64,000 nucleotides of DNA from Candidatus Magasanikiibacteriota bacterium (lineage in GTDB: Bacteria; Patescibacteriota; Patescibacteriia; Magasanikbacterales; GWA2-37-8), in the NCBI GenBank assembly GCA_026396515.1, contig JAPLWQ010000003.1:291569-355568 (forward strand), given 5' to 3'. The translations under genes were made by a program, and so were the position numbers. The notes under the pieces are model-generated. The model made no database searches and was not told where the DNA came from. It saw nothing but the letters and a program-made list of their open reading frames with translations. This document shows positions 37,149 to 47,790 of this stretch, piece after piece. Within the stretch, counting starts at the first letter, position 1, and each line of letters starts with the position of its first letter.

Positions 37149-37452
37149 ATGCAATTTTTACTTCGGAAAATTTCTGTCTTTGTCCGTGCACTTTGTGATA
37201 GCGGACTTTGCGCTTGAACTTCTCCACTCTTATCGTCTTATAATGGCCCTGCTTAATAATTGTGGCCTCAACGGTAACACCGGATAAATACGGGTCACCA
37301 ATTTTCACATCCCCGCCTTTGTCGTCAGCGGTCATAAGCACCTTATCAAAAGTGATTTTATCACCTTCGGCTTTGGGCAGTTTTTCAATTTTTAATCTTA
37401 GATCGTTCGTTACCAAATATTGCTTTCCGCCGGTCTCAATTACTGCGTACAT
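37147..37452 (-). CDS. rplU: 50S ribosomal protein L21
   Basis: MYAVIETGGKQYLV... L21 N-terminus. 101 aa. Confidence 0.9.
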   Translation of the reverse strand: MYAVIETGGKQYLVTNDLRLKIEKLPKAEGDKITFDKVLMTADDKGGDVKIGDPYLSGVTVEATIIKQGHYKTIRVEKFKRKVRYHKVHGQRQKFSEVKIA

Positions 37453-37517
37453 AAAATTGATTATTAGTTATTTGTAAGGTCTTTAAGGTATCAACTTTTA
37501 TTAAAAAAGTCAAGAGC

Positions 37518-37988
37518 TTATGGCTTAAATACCGCTGTATCCCCTATTTTTATACCGTTCCTCGCTATAAACCCGGCCGGTAGTTCCAAAACCGCTGTAG
37601 CGGGCAACCTGGGCCTATAGGATGTAAGCAGTGCCTCCGGCCGGTCTTTCTCCGGCTTTAAACCGGGCGCAATATCCACAATTTTTCCTTCATCAATCCA
37701 AACAATATCAATCGAAAACTCCATATCCCTCATCACCATAGTGTAATAGCCAAGCGAGTTCATCTTAAACCACATCCCTTCATTTTCTTTCAAACCATCT
37801 CTTCCGCTCAATCCTTTATGCCAGTGAGTTGCCGTATCCGCCACCAACACACTTATTTCATGGCCGGCGATCAATGCTTCGGCCTTCGGCCAATATAACC
37901 AATCATACAATTTCAATACTACAAATATCAAAACGATAATGCCGAACAAATACAAATGCCATTTTTTAAATTTTGCATTATTAGACAT
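37518..37988 (-). CDS. DUF192 domain protein (secreted or membrane-anchored)
   Basis: N-terminal TM anchor and C-terminal DUF192-like block (AVLELPAGFIARNGIKIGDTAVF). Confidence 0.7.
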   Translation of the reverse strand: MSNNAKFKKWHLYLFGIIVLIFVVLKLYDWLYWPKAEALIAGHEISVLVADTATHWHKGLSGRDGLKENEGMWFKMNSLGYYTMVMRDMEFSIDIVWIDEGKIVDIAPGLKPEKDRPEALLTSYRPRLPATAVLELPAGFIARNGIKIGDTAVFKP

Positions 37989-39018
37989 ATTTTTCTTTAG
38001 CGCGAGCCAGCCATACGCCGAATATAATCATGGCGACGGTTAAGATACAAAGCGCCACTAATTTGCCCCAGCTGTGTAGAAACAAAGTGGTCATACCAAA
38101 AGCAAAAGCGATAAAATAATATATCAAAACGGTTTGGCGGTGGCTTAATCCCAAATCAAGGAGTTTGAAATGAAGATGCCTGCGGTCGCCGGTAAATATC
38201 GGTTGGCCTGTTTTTAAACGCAGATAAATAACGCGAACAAGATCCAAAATAGGTACGGCCATCACGAGTAGTGCGGTGGCAATTTTTCCGCCGGCAACAA
38301 TGGCAAGGGCACCGAGCATAAAACCCAAAAATAACCCACCGGCTTCACCGAGAAAAATTTTTGCCGGATGAAAATTTAATATTAACGAACCGGCGCAGAC
38401 GCCGGCGAGAATAAGCGACACAGCCGTAATATCCGCCTGATAAAATTTACCCGAGGCGGTCAAAAAATGAATCATTAGCGCACCGATTAAAACCACTCCA
38501 TTTACCAGGCCGTCCAGTCCATCCAAAATCTTCACCGTGTAAGTCATGCCAAAAATCCAGAAAAAAATCACAATATTTGCCAACACCAATAAGTCACCGA
38601 CGCGCCACATATCAAGTGGAATGTATCCGCCAAACGGATTGGTTATGGAAGTAAGCTCAGACCCGCCGGCAATCACGCAGAATGCGGCCACGACGGTAGC
38701 GCTCAATCTGATTAATGGCGAAAGTTTGTATTTATCATCAGCCATTCCCACGATAACCAAAATCAAACTGCCCAGAAATATACCGATTAAACTGGCATCC
38801 GACAGATGTTTATGATTTATATTGGTAAAAGACACCAGCCAATATACCACTATCCAGAACGCTAAAAAAATAGCCAAACCACCCCACAGCGGAACCGCTT
38901 CGGCGTGCCTTTTCCGGTCATTGTCGGGCGTATCTATAACTTTCAACTTTAGCGCGACAACTCTGACAAGCAAGGTTAAAACCAAACAAATTGTGGCTGA
39001 AAATAGAAAAAGTGGCAT
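37981..39018 (-). CDS. MraY/WecA family polyprenyl-phosphate N-acetylhexosamine-1-phosphate transferase (GT4 membrane family)
   Basis: About 10 TM helices, a cytoplasmic DDxxK-like motif (ADDKYKL), and the family-diagnostic KILDGLDGLVNG loop. Start placed at the internal ATG (MPLFLF...) because the longer track ORF would run through the rpmA promoter. Confidence 0.75.
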   Translation of the reverse strand: MPLFLFSATICLVLTLLVRVVALKLKVIDTPDNDRKRHAEAVPLWGGLAIFLAFWIVVYWLVSFTNINHKHLSDASLIGIFLGSLILVIVGMADDKYKLSPLIRLSATVVAAFCVIAGGSELTSITNPFGGYIPLDMWRVGDLLVLANIVIFFWIFGMTYTVKILDGLDGLVNGVVLIGALMIHFLTASGKFYQADITAVSLILAGVCAGSLILNFHPAKIFLGEAGGLFLGFMLGALAIVAGGKIATALLVMAVPILDLVRVIYLRLKTGQPIFTGDRRHLHFKLLDLGLSHRQTVLIYYFIAFAFGMTTLFLHSWGKLVALCILTVAMIIFGVWLARAKEKYV

Positions 39019-39053
39019 ATTTACGCTTACAAGTTTATCAAAGTAATATTCTC

Positions 39054-39082
39054 TTGACAAGCAGAGGGTTTTGTCGTATAAT
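39054..39082 (+). promoter_or_regulatory. perfect consensus sigma70 promoter (TTGACA, 17 nt, TATAAT) for rpmA
   Basis: cTTGACAagcagagggttttgtcgTATAATgctc, about 50 nt upstream of the rpmA ATG. Confidence 0.65.
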
Positions 39083-39133
39083 GCTCGCACTAATCACTTT
39101 TGATTTTTATCTAAAAATTAAGCAATTTTATAT

Positions 39134-39412
39134 ATGTCCCATAAGAAAGCCGGCGGTTCCACACGGCTCGGCCGAGATTCACAATCCAAACGGCTGGGCG
39201 TAAAAGTCCACGACGGCCAGGTTATAAAGCCGGGCATGATCATCGTGAAACAGCGCGGTACGCGCATCCACCCGGGAAAAAACGTTAAAAAAGGAAATGA
39301 TGATACCATCTTCGCGATTGCAAACGGCAAAGTGAAGTTTGAAACACGCAAGCGCAAGCGCTTTGATGGCGCTATGAAAATAGCCAAATTCGTCAGCGTG
39401 GTAACAGCGTAA
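39134..39412 (+). CDS. rpmA: 50S ribosomal protein L27
   Basis: [24 protein letters not shown]... L27 signature. Confidence 0.95.
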   Translation: MSHKKAGGSTRLGRDSQSKRLGVKVHDGQVIKPGMIIVKQRGTRIHPGKNVKKGNDDTIFAIANGKVKFETRKRKRFDGAMKIAKFVSVVTA

Positions 39413-39423
39413 AAAATAATATT

Positions 39424-39460
39424 AAAAATCCGTCGATTAAAATTCGGCGGATTTTTTATT
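39424..39460. terminator. bidirectional intrinsic terminator between rpmA (+) and the epimerase gene (-)
   Basis: aaaaatccgtcgattaaaattcggcggatttttt: ~10-bp stem flanked by an A-run and a T-run. Confidence 0.6.
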
Positions 39461-39499
39461 TTTTGTTTACAGACTGTACAAACTTTATGGACTTTCCGA

Positions 39500-40414
39500 C
39501 TATTCTATCCCCCACTCCTTTTTTAATTCATTAATTCCGTCTTCCAATTTTATCGTCGGCTCCCAGCCAAGAAGTTCTTTGGCCTTAGATACATCAGCGT
39601 GAGTTTTCCGAACATCACCCGGCCGCTCCGGCACAAATACCGAAGGTCCTCCGACCATCTTCACCAAATCATTTACCGTATGCGAAACACCGGTACCGAT
39701 ATTTATTATTTCTCCTTTTCCAACATTATCCTTTGTTAACGCCAGCACATTCGCTCTGGCCACATCTGACACATGCACAATATCACGCAAATATTCTCCA
39801 TCCCCACAAACAGTCATCGGCTCTCCATTTTTAACCTGTTTTAAAAACTTGCCAATCACTAAAGCATACGGTCCTTCAGGGTCAAAATACGGTCCGTAAA
39901 CATTAAAATATCTTAAACATACGGTTTCGAGCCCGAACAGCGAATTAAACAGCCGGCAATAATTTTCACCGATAAATTTGTGCAGTGAATATGGACTTAT
40001 CGGATTCGGGACTACTTTCTCATTGGTGGGAAAAACATCGGTGTTGCCGTAAACGGATGAAGAAGAGGCAAACACCACGCGCTTAATTTTATTATCGCGT
40101 GCCGCAATTAACACTTTAAGTGTTCCATTTACATTGGTGTCGTGTGTTAGCCATGGCTGTTCCACAGAATATGTGACTCTGGGAAGTGCCGCTAAATGTA
40201 CAATGCCGTCAAAGCCTTCGGAGCATAACTTGTTCAGCGCTTCACTGTCCCGAACGTCCCCCTCGACATATCGCGCACCGACAACCACACGCTCTTCGTT
40301 CCGTCCACCCGCATAGTTATCAAAAGATACTACCTCATGGCCTTCGGCCATCAAATATTTGATAGTATTTGTACCGATAAAACCGGCTCCGCCGGTAACA
40401 AGATATTTTGACAT
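39500..40414 (-). CDS. NAD-dependent nucleotide-sugar epimerase/dehydratase (GalE-like SDR)
   Basis: Rossmann TGGAGFIG near the N-terminus and extended-SDR catalytic YxxxK region. Confidence 0.85.
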   Translation of the reverse strand: MSKYLVTGGAGFIGTNTIKYLMAEGHEVVSFDNYAGGRNEERVVVGARYVEGDVRDSEALNKLCSEGFDGIVHLAALPRVTYSVEQPWLTHDTNVNGTLKVLIAARDNKIKRVVFASSSSVYGNTDVFPTNEKVVPNPISPYSLHKFIGENYCRLFNSLFGLETVCLRYFNVYGPYFDPEGPYALVIGKFLKQVKNGEPMTVCGDGEYLRDIVHVSDVARANVLALTKDNVGKGEIINIGTGVSHTVNDLVKMVGGPSVFVPERPGDVRKTHADVSKAKELLGWEPTIKLEDGINELKKEWGIE

Positions 40415-40420
40415 AAAAAA

Positions 40421-41809
40421 TTATTTCAAATTTGATTTAATAAACGGGGAACCGACCGCCACCACATCGCAACCGTTATCAGCCAGTTCTTTATACTGGT
40501 GCTGAAGCATTCGCCGGCCGTCAATGATAAGCGGTTTGATAGCGCTTTCAATAATGATGTCACCGATACCTCTAAACTGAGGCCAGTCAGTGCATATAAA
40601 AATAATATCGGCTTCATTAAGTGCCTCTGCCTCTGATGCCGAATACTCAATTTTTTCCGAGGCGGGAAACTGTCCCTTAAAACTGTCCATTGCCGCCGGA
40701 TCAAAAATCTTAATTTTTTTAACCGACTGTTCCGACAAAAAATTAACGATATTTATCGCCGGCGAATTCCTGGTGTCATTCGTATCCCTCTTAAAGGCAA
40801 CGCCGAAAATAGAAACAGTTTTTCCCTGCCATTTGGCGCCCGCCTCTTTTTCCGCCCGTCCGATGAGTAACTCAAGCTGGCGCTTATTTGCCAAAAATGT
40901 TTCATTTATTAAAATCGCGTTTTGACCCGCGGTCTGCAATTGATAGGCCAGCGACCGCGTATCCTTGATAAAACAACTGCCCCCGCTGTATAAACTGTCA
41001 TAAAACCCCCACTCGCCGATACGGGCGTCGGAGGTAAGAATTCTCCGTAGATTTTCAAACTGCAAACCGGAAAATGTTTCACAGGTTCTGCCGATAATAT
41101 CAAAACAAACCATCAGTTTATTAAAAAGATAATAATTCGCCAGCAGTTTACCGGCGGCCGCTTCCTTGGGATTAACTTCAATATACTTTACCGACGGTGA
41201 ATCGTAGAATCGCCTGTATACCTGGCGCATTATTTCCAGATCTTCGCCGGTCCACGACCCAATTACCACCCGGTCGGGCTTGAGCGACCCTTCGATGGCC
41301 CGCCCTTCAACCAAAAACTCCGGATTGGAAACAACGCCAAAATTCTTCACACCGGCTTTAACAAATATTTCTTTTGTCTTGTCCGCCATATCAATCGGAA
41401 CCGTGCTCTTATTCACAATCACTAATCGCTTTTCTTGTTTTCCATTGTTTCGCTTTGTGAGTGAGCCGGCCAATTTCTCAGCCGCCGCAAAGTAAAATTT
41501 CAGATCACTCTCCCCTGTTTCTCCGATTTCAGGGGTGGGAAGACACATAAACACGGCGTCGCAATCATCCAAGAATTTCTCCACCAGTGAATAATCGCCG
41601 ACAAATGATATTCGTTCTTTATTACGCACAAGCAGATCGCCCAGGCCTTTCTCAAAAAGGCAGGATTCGATAGTATCGCGGTCCCCCGATCCGAGCATTT
41701 TTATCTTTTTTTCATCAATGTCATAAACCAAAACATCGTGCCCGCTTTCTGCTGACACTGCGGCCGAGCACGACCCGACAAAACCGGCGCCAATATATAC
41801 AAGATTCAT
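40421..41809 (-). CDS. UDP-sugar/nucleotide-sugar 6-dehydrogenase (UDP-glucose/GDP-mannose dehydrogenase family)
   Basis: N-terminal NAD-binding GAGFVGS and the three-domain UDPG/GMD dehydrogenase architecture. 462 aa. Confidence 0.85.
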   Translation of the reverse strand: MNLVYIGAGFVGSCSAAVSAESGHDVLVYDIDEKKIKMLGSGDRDTIESCLFEKGLGDLLVRNKERISFVGDYSLVEKFLDDCDAVFMCLPTPEIGETGESDLKFYFAAAEKLAGSLTKRNNGKQEKRLVIVNKSTVPIDMADKTKEIFVKAGVKNFGVVSNPEFLVEGRAIEGSLKPDRVVIGSWTGEDLEIMRQVYRRFYDSPSVKYIEVNPKEAAAGKLLANYYLFNKLMVCFDIIGRTCETFSGLQFENLRRILTSDARIGEWGFYDSLYSGGSCFIKDTRSLAYQLQTAGQNAILINETFLANKRQLELLIGRAEKEAGAKWQGKTVSIFGVAFKRDTNDTRNSPAINIVNFLSEQSVKKIKIFDPAAMDSFKGQFPASEKIEYSASEAEALNEADIIFICTDWPQFRGIGDIIIESAIKPLIIDGRRMLQHQYKELADNGCDVVAVGSPFIKSNLK

Positions 41810-41836
41810 ATTTTCTAATAATCAACCAAAAAAATC

Positions 41837-43000
41837 CTATTTTGAAATGTCGTAATAAACCTCTTCGGTAGCCTTACACATTTTTTCTAAAGAAAAATTT
41901 TGCTCGGCAATTTTTCTGCCTTGCGCACCGAGCTTTAATCGAAGATCTTTATCTCGAACTAATTTTAGTATAGCTTCCCGTATTTGTCCAATTTCATTTT
42001 TTACCAAAATTCCGTTTGTTGCATTAACTACTTCACGTATTCCACCAATATTACTGGCGATTACAGGCAAACTTACGCTCATGGCTTCCAAAATTGACAA
42101 GCCGAAACCTTCCCACGCAGAAATAAAGACAAAAATATTAGAGAGTCTAAGTTCTGCTACAACTTTATTCCTCGGTAAAGCACCTTTGAATTCAACTTTT
42201 ACTTTTCTATCATTTGCCAGCTTTTCTAAGGCATTCCTTTTGGGACCGTCGCCAATAATTGAAAACTTTAAATTAGTTTTTACTTCAAGCGGCAGAAGAT
42301 TAATGGCTTCGATCACCAACTCTGGCCTCTTTGGTTCGGCTAAACGACCGACGAAAGCGAGACGAATTTCGTTATTCTGAATATCGTTTGAACGTTGATC
42401 GTTGGTCAATATACTATTTTCTTCGGCATTAAAATTGACACCATTGTAAATAACCCTTAACTTATTTTCCGGCGCAAGATGATATTTTAATCCAAGCTTC
42501 TTTATAAACTCCGACACGCAAATATATATATCCGTATACCTGGCCGTAATTTTTTCAGCAATCAAAACGGCATAACGAATCAGTGGGTTAATTCCTAAAT
42601 TAAAACCCCAGCCGTGAGCAGTGTAAATAGTTTTTATATTACCTCTTATCGCAATTCTTGCCAAAAATGCGGCCGCCGAACTGTGACAATGAATAATATC
42701 CGGACAAAATTCCGACACATACTTTTTAATTTCTCTTGTCGCTTTATAAATGGAAAATGGATTCGCGCTGTTGCTGAAAAAGTTATTTACCACAAAATTA
42801 ACGCCGATTTCCTTACTCTCTTCCTGTAACCACCCGCCACCCATACTCATTACAGATATTTCAAATTCCTTTTTCTTAAAATATCTACAAAGATCAGCTA
42901 CGTGTGTTTGAGCGCCACCCAATTCAGATTTAGTGATTAAATAGAGAATTTTCACAACATTATATAAATAATTTGAACAAAAATCTAAATAGTATGGCAA
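41837..43000 (-). CDS. family 4 glycosyltransferase
   Basis: GT4 C-terminal motif EGFGLSILEAMSVSLPVIASNIGG. Confidence 0.8.
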   Translation of the reverse strand: MPYYLDFCSNYLYNVVKILYLITKSELGGAQTHVADLCRYFKKKEFEISVMSMGGGWLQEESKEIGVNFVVNNFFSNSANPFSIYKATREIKKYVSEFCPDIIHCHSSAAAFLARIAIRGNIKTIYTAHGWGFNLGINPLIRYAVLIAEKITARYTDIYICVSEFIKKLGLKYHLAPENKLRVIYNGVNFNAEENSILTNDQRSNDIQNNEIRLAFVGRLAEPKRPELVIEAINLLPLEVKTNLKFSIIGDGPKRNALEKLANDRKVKVEFKGALPRNKVVAELRLSNIFVFISAWEGFGLSILEAMSVSLPVIASNIGGIREVVNATNGILVKNEIGQIREAILKLVRDKDLRLKLGAQGRKIAEQNFSLEKMCKATEEVYYDISK

Positions 43001-43676
43001 ATCGAATTTTTAAACCAAGCCAGCGGACAGCAATATTATGTGTCTTTGTAATGCCACTATTAAGCTTCCTGTATTTTAACAAGTATTGTGGCAGATTAAC
43101 AACATTATACACTGGAACAATACGGCCCCACAATTCATAATCCTGCGCATAACGATATTTTTCATTATAGCCATGCATCTCATCAAAAACTTTCCTTTTA
43201 AACATAACACCGGGATGAATAAATGGATTATGGAATAGAATATTATGTTTAATTTTTGAATATGTAGTTGGTACTTTGTAGACACCGACTTCATTACCCT
43301 TTTTATCAATAAATTTTGCCCATACACCACAAAGAGCCACCTCAGGATTTCTTTTAAAATAATCAACTTGAACTGCTAATTTCTCCACCTCGAAAACATC
43401 GTCTGCATCAATTCTGGCTACTAACTCACCACTTGATATACTGACGGCATAATTGAGTGATTTTGTTAATCCTTTGTTTTCCCTCGAAATAATTTTTATT
43501 CTGGAATCAGAAAAACTATTCAAAATTTGGAGTGTTCTATCCGTTGATCCGTCATCGATAATGATAAATTCAAAATTTTTATATGACTGACTAATGACGC
43601 TCAATACAGACTCTTCCAAATAGCTTTCCCCATTATACGCAGACATAACGACAGAAACTAATGAATTTTCTTGCAT
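42960..43676 (-). CDS. family 2 glycosyltransferase
   Basis: VSVVMSAYNGESYLEESVLSVISQSY...IIIDDGSTD and DADD motifs. Confidence 0.8.
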   Translation of the reverse strand: MQENSLVSVVMSAYNGESYLEESVLSVISQSYKNFEFIIIDDGSTDRTLQILNSFSDSRIKIISRENKGLTKSLNYAVSISSGELVARIDADDVFEVEKLAVQVDYFKRNPEVALCGVWAKFIDKKGNEVGVYKVPTTYSKIKHNILFHNPFIHPGVMFKRKVFDEMHGYNEKYRYAQDYELWGRIVPVYNVVNLPQYLLKYRKLNSGITKTHNIAVRWLGLKIRFAILFRFLFKLFI

Positions 43677-43679
43677 ATA

Positions 43680-45521
43680 TTATCTTAAATCACTAATAGA
43701 AAAATCGTGTTTTTCCATCCAAATAGATAAAACTAATAATATCCAAGTTTGATAATTATTTATCCTCCGATAACGTCGACTTCGTTCAAATGAAATAAAA
43801 TTATAAATCTTACCATTTGGATTATCTAGATAATTATTAATTAGAGATTTTACTTCTGTATAATTTAACCATTTTTTAACCGGCGCACCAAAACCTTGTT
43901 TCCCTCGGTTCCGGATAGTTGCAGGCAATGACTCTGCAAATGCCTGCCGTAAAATCAACTTATCATTATCACCCATGATTTTTAATTTATCCGGCAAAGA
44001 AATACAGTAAGAGGCAAAGTCAACATCCAAAAATGGCGCGCGCAATTCCAAACTATTGGCCATTGCCGCCCGGTCAATTTTTACCAAAATATCTCCTGGC
44101 ATATAATTCTCCAAATCCATTTTCATGGCATCGTTCAGAGTATCGTCGGCTGTAAATGAAATCGCCGTCTCACGCACTGCATTGGGAGTGAATTTTAATA
44201 AATCATTCAAATCACTATCGGAAAAATAGGAATTTTGACTATTATGAGCGAAAACAACGGAATCAAATTTATGATTTAATTTTAAACCAAGATACCTGTA
44301 CCAATACTGTCTCCGGTTGCGTGACATCATCCCAAAACTCGTAATCAGCGTGCGTGTGAATAACTTGGCCAAGGAATAATCACCGCCATTTTTCATAAAG
44401 TACAGGGGCTGATACCAATTCCGGTAACCGCCGAGAAGCTCATCTCCCCCGTCACCTGTTAAAACCACGATTGAATGCTGTCTGGCCAACTTGGAAATTA
44501 AATAGGTCGGAATATTGGATGAATCAGCAAACGGCTCATCATATATGTCCTGCATTTTCACAAGCAAATCCGCAATATCATAATCGCTTTCAAACAATTC
44601 GGTATGCTGTGTTTTATTTAGCGTTGCCGCCTCTCTGGCAAACGGCAATTCACTCAATGAATCATCAAAGCCGAAAGAAAAGGTCATCAAATCGCTTTTG
44701 TGTTTACTCGCAAGCGCCACTATAGTGCTCGAATCTAGTCCGCCGCTTAGAAATGCCGATACCGGAACATCGGCCACCAACTGCTTTGCTACAGCTTGGT
44801 CTAGCAATGTCTTAAACTGCTCTACTGCCTCATTCATTGAAACTTCCGGCCCCGTGATAGGTAATTGCCAATATCGCCAAGTTGAAATATTACCGTTTTT
44901 TAAACTTAAAGCATGCGCCGGAGGCAAGGTAAAAATATTTTTGTAAATCGTTTTCGTCGGATGGACATATAGGCGCTGAAGATAGTGCGTCAAAGAGTCA
45001 AAATCCAACACTGGATTAATTAAACCCGTCGTGAGAATGGCTTTTATCTCTGAAGCAAAAATAAATTCTCCGTTTTTTCCAAAAGCGTAATAAAACGGCT
45101 TTTCTCCAAAGCGGTCGCGGGCGCAATACAATTCCTGCTTATTTTCATCCCAAATGGCAAAGGCGAACATGCCGGGCAAATGTTCTGTCAGACCGGATCC
45201 GTATTTCTGATATAGTGCCAGAATTACCTCGGTGTCAGAAGTCGTCTTGAAAGCGTAGTCAACCAGCTTGTCTTTAATCGCCTTAAAGCCGTAAATTTCG
45301 CCGTTAAAAGTAATGCCGACGGACTTGTCAGGTAACAGCATTGGCTGGTCGCCCGTGCTTAAATCGACAATGCTCAAACGCGCGTGCCCCAAGACACAAT
45401 TATTAAAATAGTGCGCTCCATGGCCATCCGGTCCGCGGTGGCGCAAAGAAACAACGGCTCTATCAAGCTGTTCACCATAATTTTTTGAATTTTTCGCCGC
45501 AATTCCTACAATGCCGCACAT
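43680..45521 (-). CDS. asparagine synthase (glutamine-hydrolysing) family amidotransferase, paralog 1
   Basis: N-terminal Ntn glutaminase MCGIVG, PP-loop SGGLDSS, and AsnB C-terminal domain. Embedded in the glycan locus. Confidence 0.85.
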   Translation of the reverse strand: MCGIVGIAAKNSKNYGEQLDRAVVSLRHRGPDGHGAHYFNNCVLGHARLSIVDLSTGDQPMLLPDKSVGITFNGEIYGFKAIKDKLVDYAFKTTSDTEVILALYQKYGSGLTEHLPGMFAFAIWDENKQELYCARDRFGEKPFYYAFGKNGEFIFASEIKAILTTGLINPVLDFDSLTHYLQRLYVHPTKTIYKNIFTLPPAHALSLKNGNISTWRYWQLPITGPEVSMNEAVEQFKTLLDQAVAKQLVADVPVSAFLSGGLDSSTIVALASKHKSDLMTFSFGFDDSLSELPFAREAATLNKTQHTELFESDYDIADLLVKMQDIYDEPFADSSNIPTYLISKLARQHSIVVLTGDGGDELLGGYRNWYQPLYFMKNGGDYSLAKLFTRTLITSFGMMSRNRRQYWYRYLGLKLNHKFDSVVFAHNSQNSYFSDSDLNDLLKFTPNAVRETAISFTADDTLNDAMKMDLENYMPGDILVKIDRAAMANSLELRAPFLDVDFASYCISLPDKLKIMGDNDKLILRQAFAESLPATIRNRGKQGFGAPVKKWLNYTEVKSLINNYLDNPNGKIYNFISFERSRRYRRINNYQTWILLVLSIWMEKHDFSISDLR

Positions 45522-45525
45522 AAAT

Positions 45526-46404
45526 CTAAATCTTTATCCAACTATCAGGAATTAAATCTTTAGTATTAAACCTCTTGTCATTAAACCAATTTTTCGGCGC
45601 GACTACTATTCTTTCCGGATTTTGATTAAGCCAGGAGCCCCACCAACTGAATGAGCTGTTGGCAATAATATTATGCTTACACCGGCTCATGTAATACATT
45701 TCCTCGTAGTCAGCATATTTACCATTGCTCACATAGGTTACCGGGCAATCAAACTTCAAATTGTCTTTCGCCCACTCAATATCGTCGGAAAAAATAAAAA
45801 TGTGAGGCGAACTAACCGACTTGGCAATATATTCAAATGCCTTTTTATAATATTCAGCCGAACAGGCGCCATGAACGCGGCTCGTCTCATTATCAGCTAC
45901 ATAATCACTCCGCCGCACATGCAGAGATATTGAATTTGAAGAATTGATTATACCGAGCAACTCCTTATCCAATTTCTCGGCACATTCGCTTTTCAATGAA
46001 AATTCCCGCCTAATAACGGATTCAATATCCTTAGAATACTTTTCGCTCTGCCAATATCCGTCCAGATACGCATCGTCCGGCGCCTGAAAAAAATCGAGAT
46101 AAAAATGAAAATACGGCTCTTTGATATATTTCCGTCCGCTTATCGGCAGTAATTTATACAAGCGGCCAAAAAGTTTTCCGGCTTTAGTCCGGCTGACAAA
46201 ATATCTAAAAAAACCTATGTCTTTTTTGTTCGCGATGTTTTCCGTCAAACTATAACAAGAAAGAGAATAGTCGCGCGCTATATCTCCCCTATTCCTGATA
46301 AAATCGGTTTTGACCGAAGTATTTCTTTTTTCCGCGAGACAACGGCCGGCCGCGTACTGAAACATCTGATTCCCCAGCCCGCCGTTGAGTTTAACAATAA
46401 TCAT
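45526..46404 (-). CDS. alpha-1,2-fucosyltransferase (GT11 family)
   Basis: N-terminus IIVKLNGGLGNQMFQYAAG, typical of GT11 enzymes. GDP-fucose genes gmd/fcl lie in the same locus. Confidence 0.8.
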   Translation of the reverse strand: MIIVKLNGGLGNQMFQYAAGRCLAEKRNTSVKTDFIRNRGDIARDYSLSCYSLTENIANKKDIGFFRYFVSRTKAGKLFGRLYKLLPISGRKYIKEPYFHFYLDFFQAPDDAYLDGYWQSEKYSKDIESVIRREFSLKSECAEKLDKELLGIINSSNSISLHVRRSDYVADNETSRVHGACSAEYYKKAFEYIAKSVSSPHIFIFSDDIEWAKDNLKFDCPVTYVSNGKYADYEEMYYMSRCKHNIIANSSFSWWGSWLNQNPERIVVAPKNWFNDKRFNTKDLIPDSWIKI

Positions 46405-46412
46405 AAGTATTA

Positions 46413-47042
46413 TTAACCTTTGCGCTTCCAGTTTTCCCAGACAAATTTATATTGGTATGTCAATTCATGCGTCACGGCCAATTTTTTCTGAATTTTTTTC
46501 ATTCTGTCATGCGCGTTCGGCACAAAATCATGAAACTGGACTTGGATATTATGAATATTTCCTATTGCAGGGTCACTAACAAGCGCATCCAACAGGTCAT
46601 ATTCCCCTCCCTCGATATTTATTTTCATCAAATCAATCTTCACTATATAATTGTCCTTCAAAAAATTAACCGCATTTTTAAGTGCAATATTTTCAACTTT
46701 GTCGCCAGTTGTTTTAAATATTGAGGACGAATTATTGTCAACAGATATTTGCTCAGTTCTGTCTTCACTCGATAAACCAAAATTATAAACGATTATGTTG
46801 CCTATTTCTTTGAATCGATCCCTAATAACATCACTAAATTCGCGAACCGGCTCAAAAATATGAATATTGCAGGCGTACCTGGAGAATATATCGCTAGACC
46901 ATTCCCCCTCATAACCTCCTAAATCAAATACAACAGAATTATTATTAAGGTCATAATCCAGCCGCAATGTTTTTTCGCAATTATCACGGCGCCATCTCGC
47001 CGTACGAAATTTTTGCTTAATTCTTCCAATAATATCAAACAT
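46413..47042 (-). CDS. FkbM family methyltransferase
   Basis: FkbM-domain pattern (FDLGGYEGEWS...FEP) and size. Confidence 0.7.
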   Translation of the reverse strand: MFDIIGRIKQKFRTARWRRDNCEKTLRLDYDLNNNSVVFDLGGYEGEWSSDIFSRYACNIHIFEPVREFSDVIRDRFKEIGNIIVYNFGLSSEDRTEQISVDNNSSSIFKTTGDKVENIALKNAVNFLKDNYIVKIDLMKINIEGGEYDLLDALVSDPAIGNIHNIQVQFHDFVPNAHDRMKKIQKKLAVTHELTYQYKFVWENWKRKG

Positions 47043-47049
47043 ATAATAT

Positions 47050-47790
47050 TTATTTCTTCGCGACTACAATATAATCGAGCGTCACATTCCTGCATCTAAA
47101 TATTTTATCCAGAAATAATGATAATATCTGAATCGGCGACAATATAAATACCACGATAAACAGCTTTATGATTTTGACTAAAATGTTCTTTGCCTTAAAC
47201 AGCTCAAATATATAGGCGGAAAATAACTGGCCGAAAACTCCGAAAATTCCGGTGGTTTGTGTAATTTGATCGATTTTGAAGCCGCACATTAAAAACATTT
47301 TCTCCAATCCGTATTTAGTAAACCGTAGATAGTCAAATGGTACTTCATGCTCCGGATACACGAACGGCGCAGAACAAATAATAATGCCACCGGTTTTTAA
47401 AACTCTGTACGACTCGGTTATAATCATACCCGGTTCGTCAGAATGCTCCAGAACTTGCGTGCAAAAAATAACATCAAATTTCTCATTTTCAAAAGGAAAA
47501 TTTTTCCCGTCATAGTAATAATCGGCGTTTTTAGCAAAATCGGCATGGCCCCCTCCCTTTATGTCCATCCCGACATAATTGTTGCCGATAAACAGATCTT
47601 TATACGGCTTAATTCCGCAACCGACATCGAGCACTGATTTGCCAGTGCCGATCGTCGCTATAATCATTCTAAAATTGCCATAGAGCGAACGCCGGCTGAT
47701 GAAATAAGGATTAATAAACACAGAGTACCATTTTGGCCTAAAAAAATGTTCATTTAGCATGTTTCTTTTATTTTCAGCCATAGAAGTCAT
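47050..47790 (-). CDS. class I SAM-dependent methyltransferase
   Basis: Motif I VLDVGCGIKPY and post-I acidic residue. DVIFCTQVLEH motif. Confidence 0.7.
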   Translation of the reverse strand: MTSMAENKRNMLNEHFFRPKWYSVFINPYFISRRSLYGNFRMIIATIGTGKSVLDVGCGIKPYKDLFIGNNYVGMDIKGGGHADFAKNADYYYDGKNFPFENEKFDVIFCTQVLEHSDEPGMIITESYRVLKTGGIIICSAPFVYPEHEVPFDYLRFTKYGLEKMFLMCGFKIDQITQTTGIFGVFGQLFSAYIFELFKAKNILVKIIKLFIVVFILSPIQILSLFLDKIFRCRNVTLDYIVVAKK

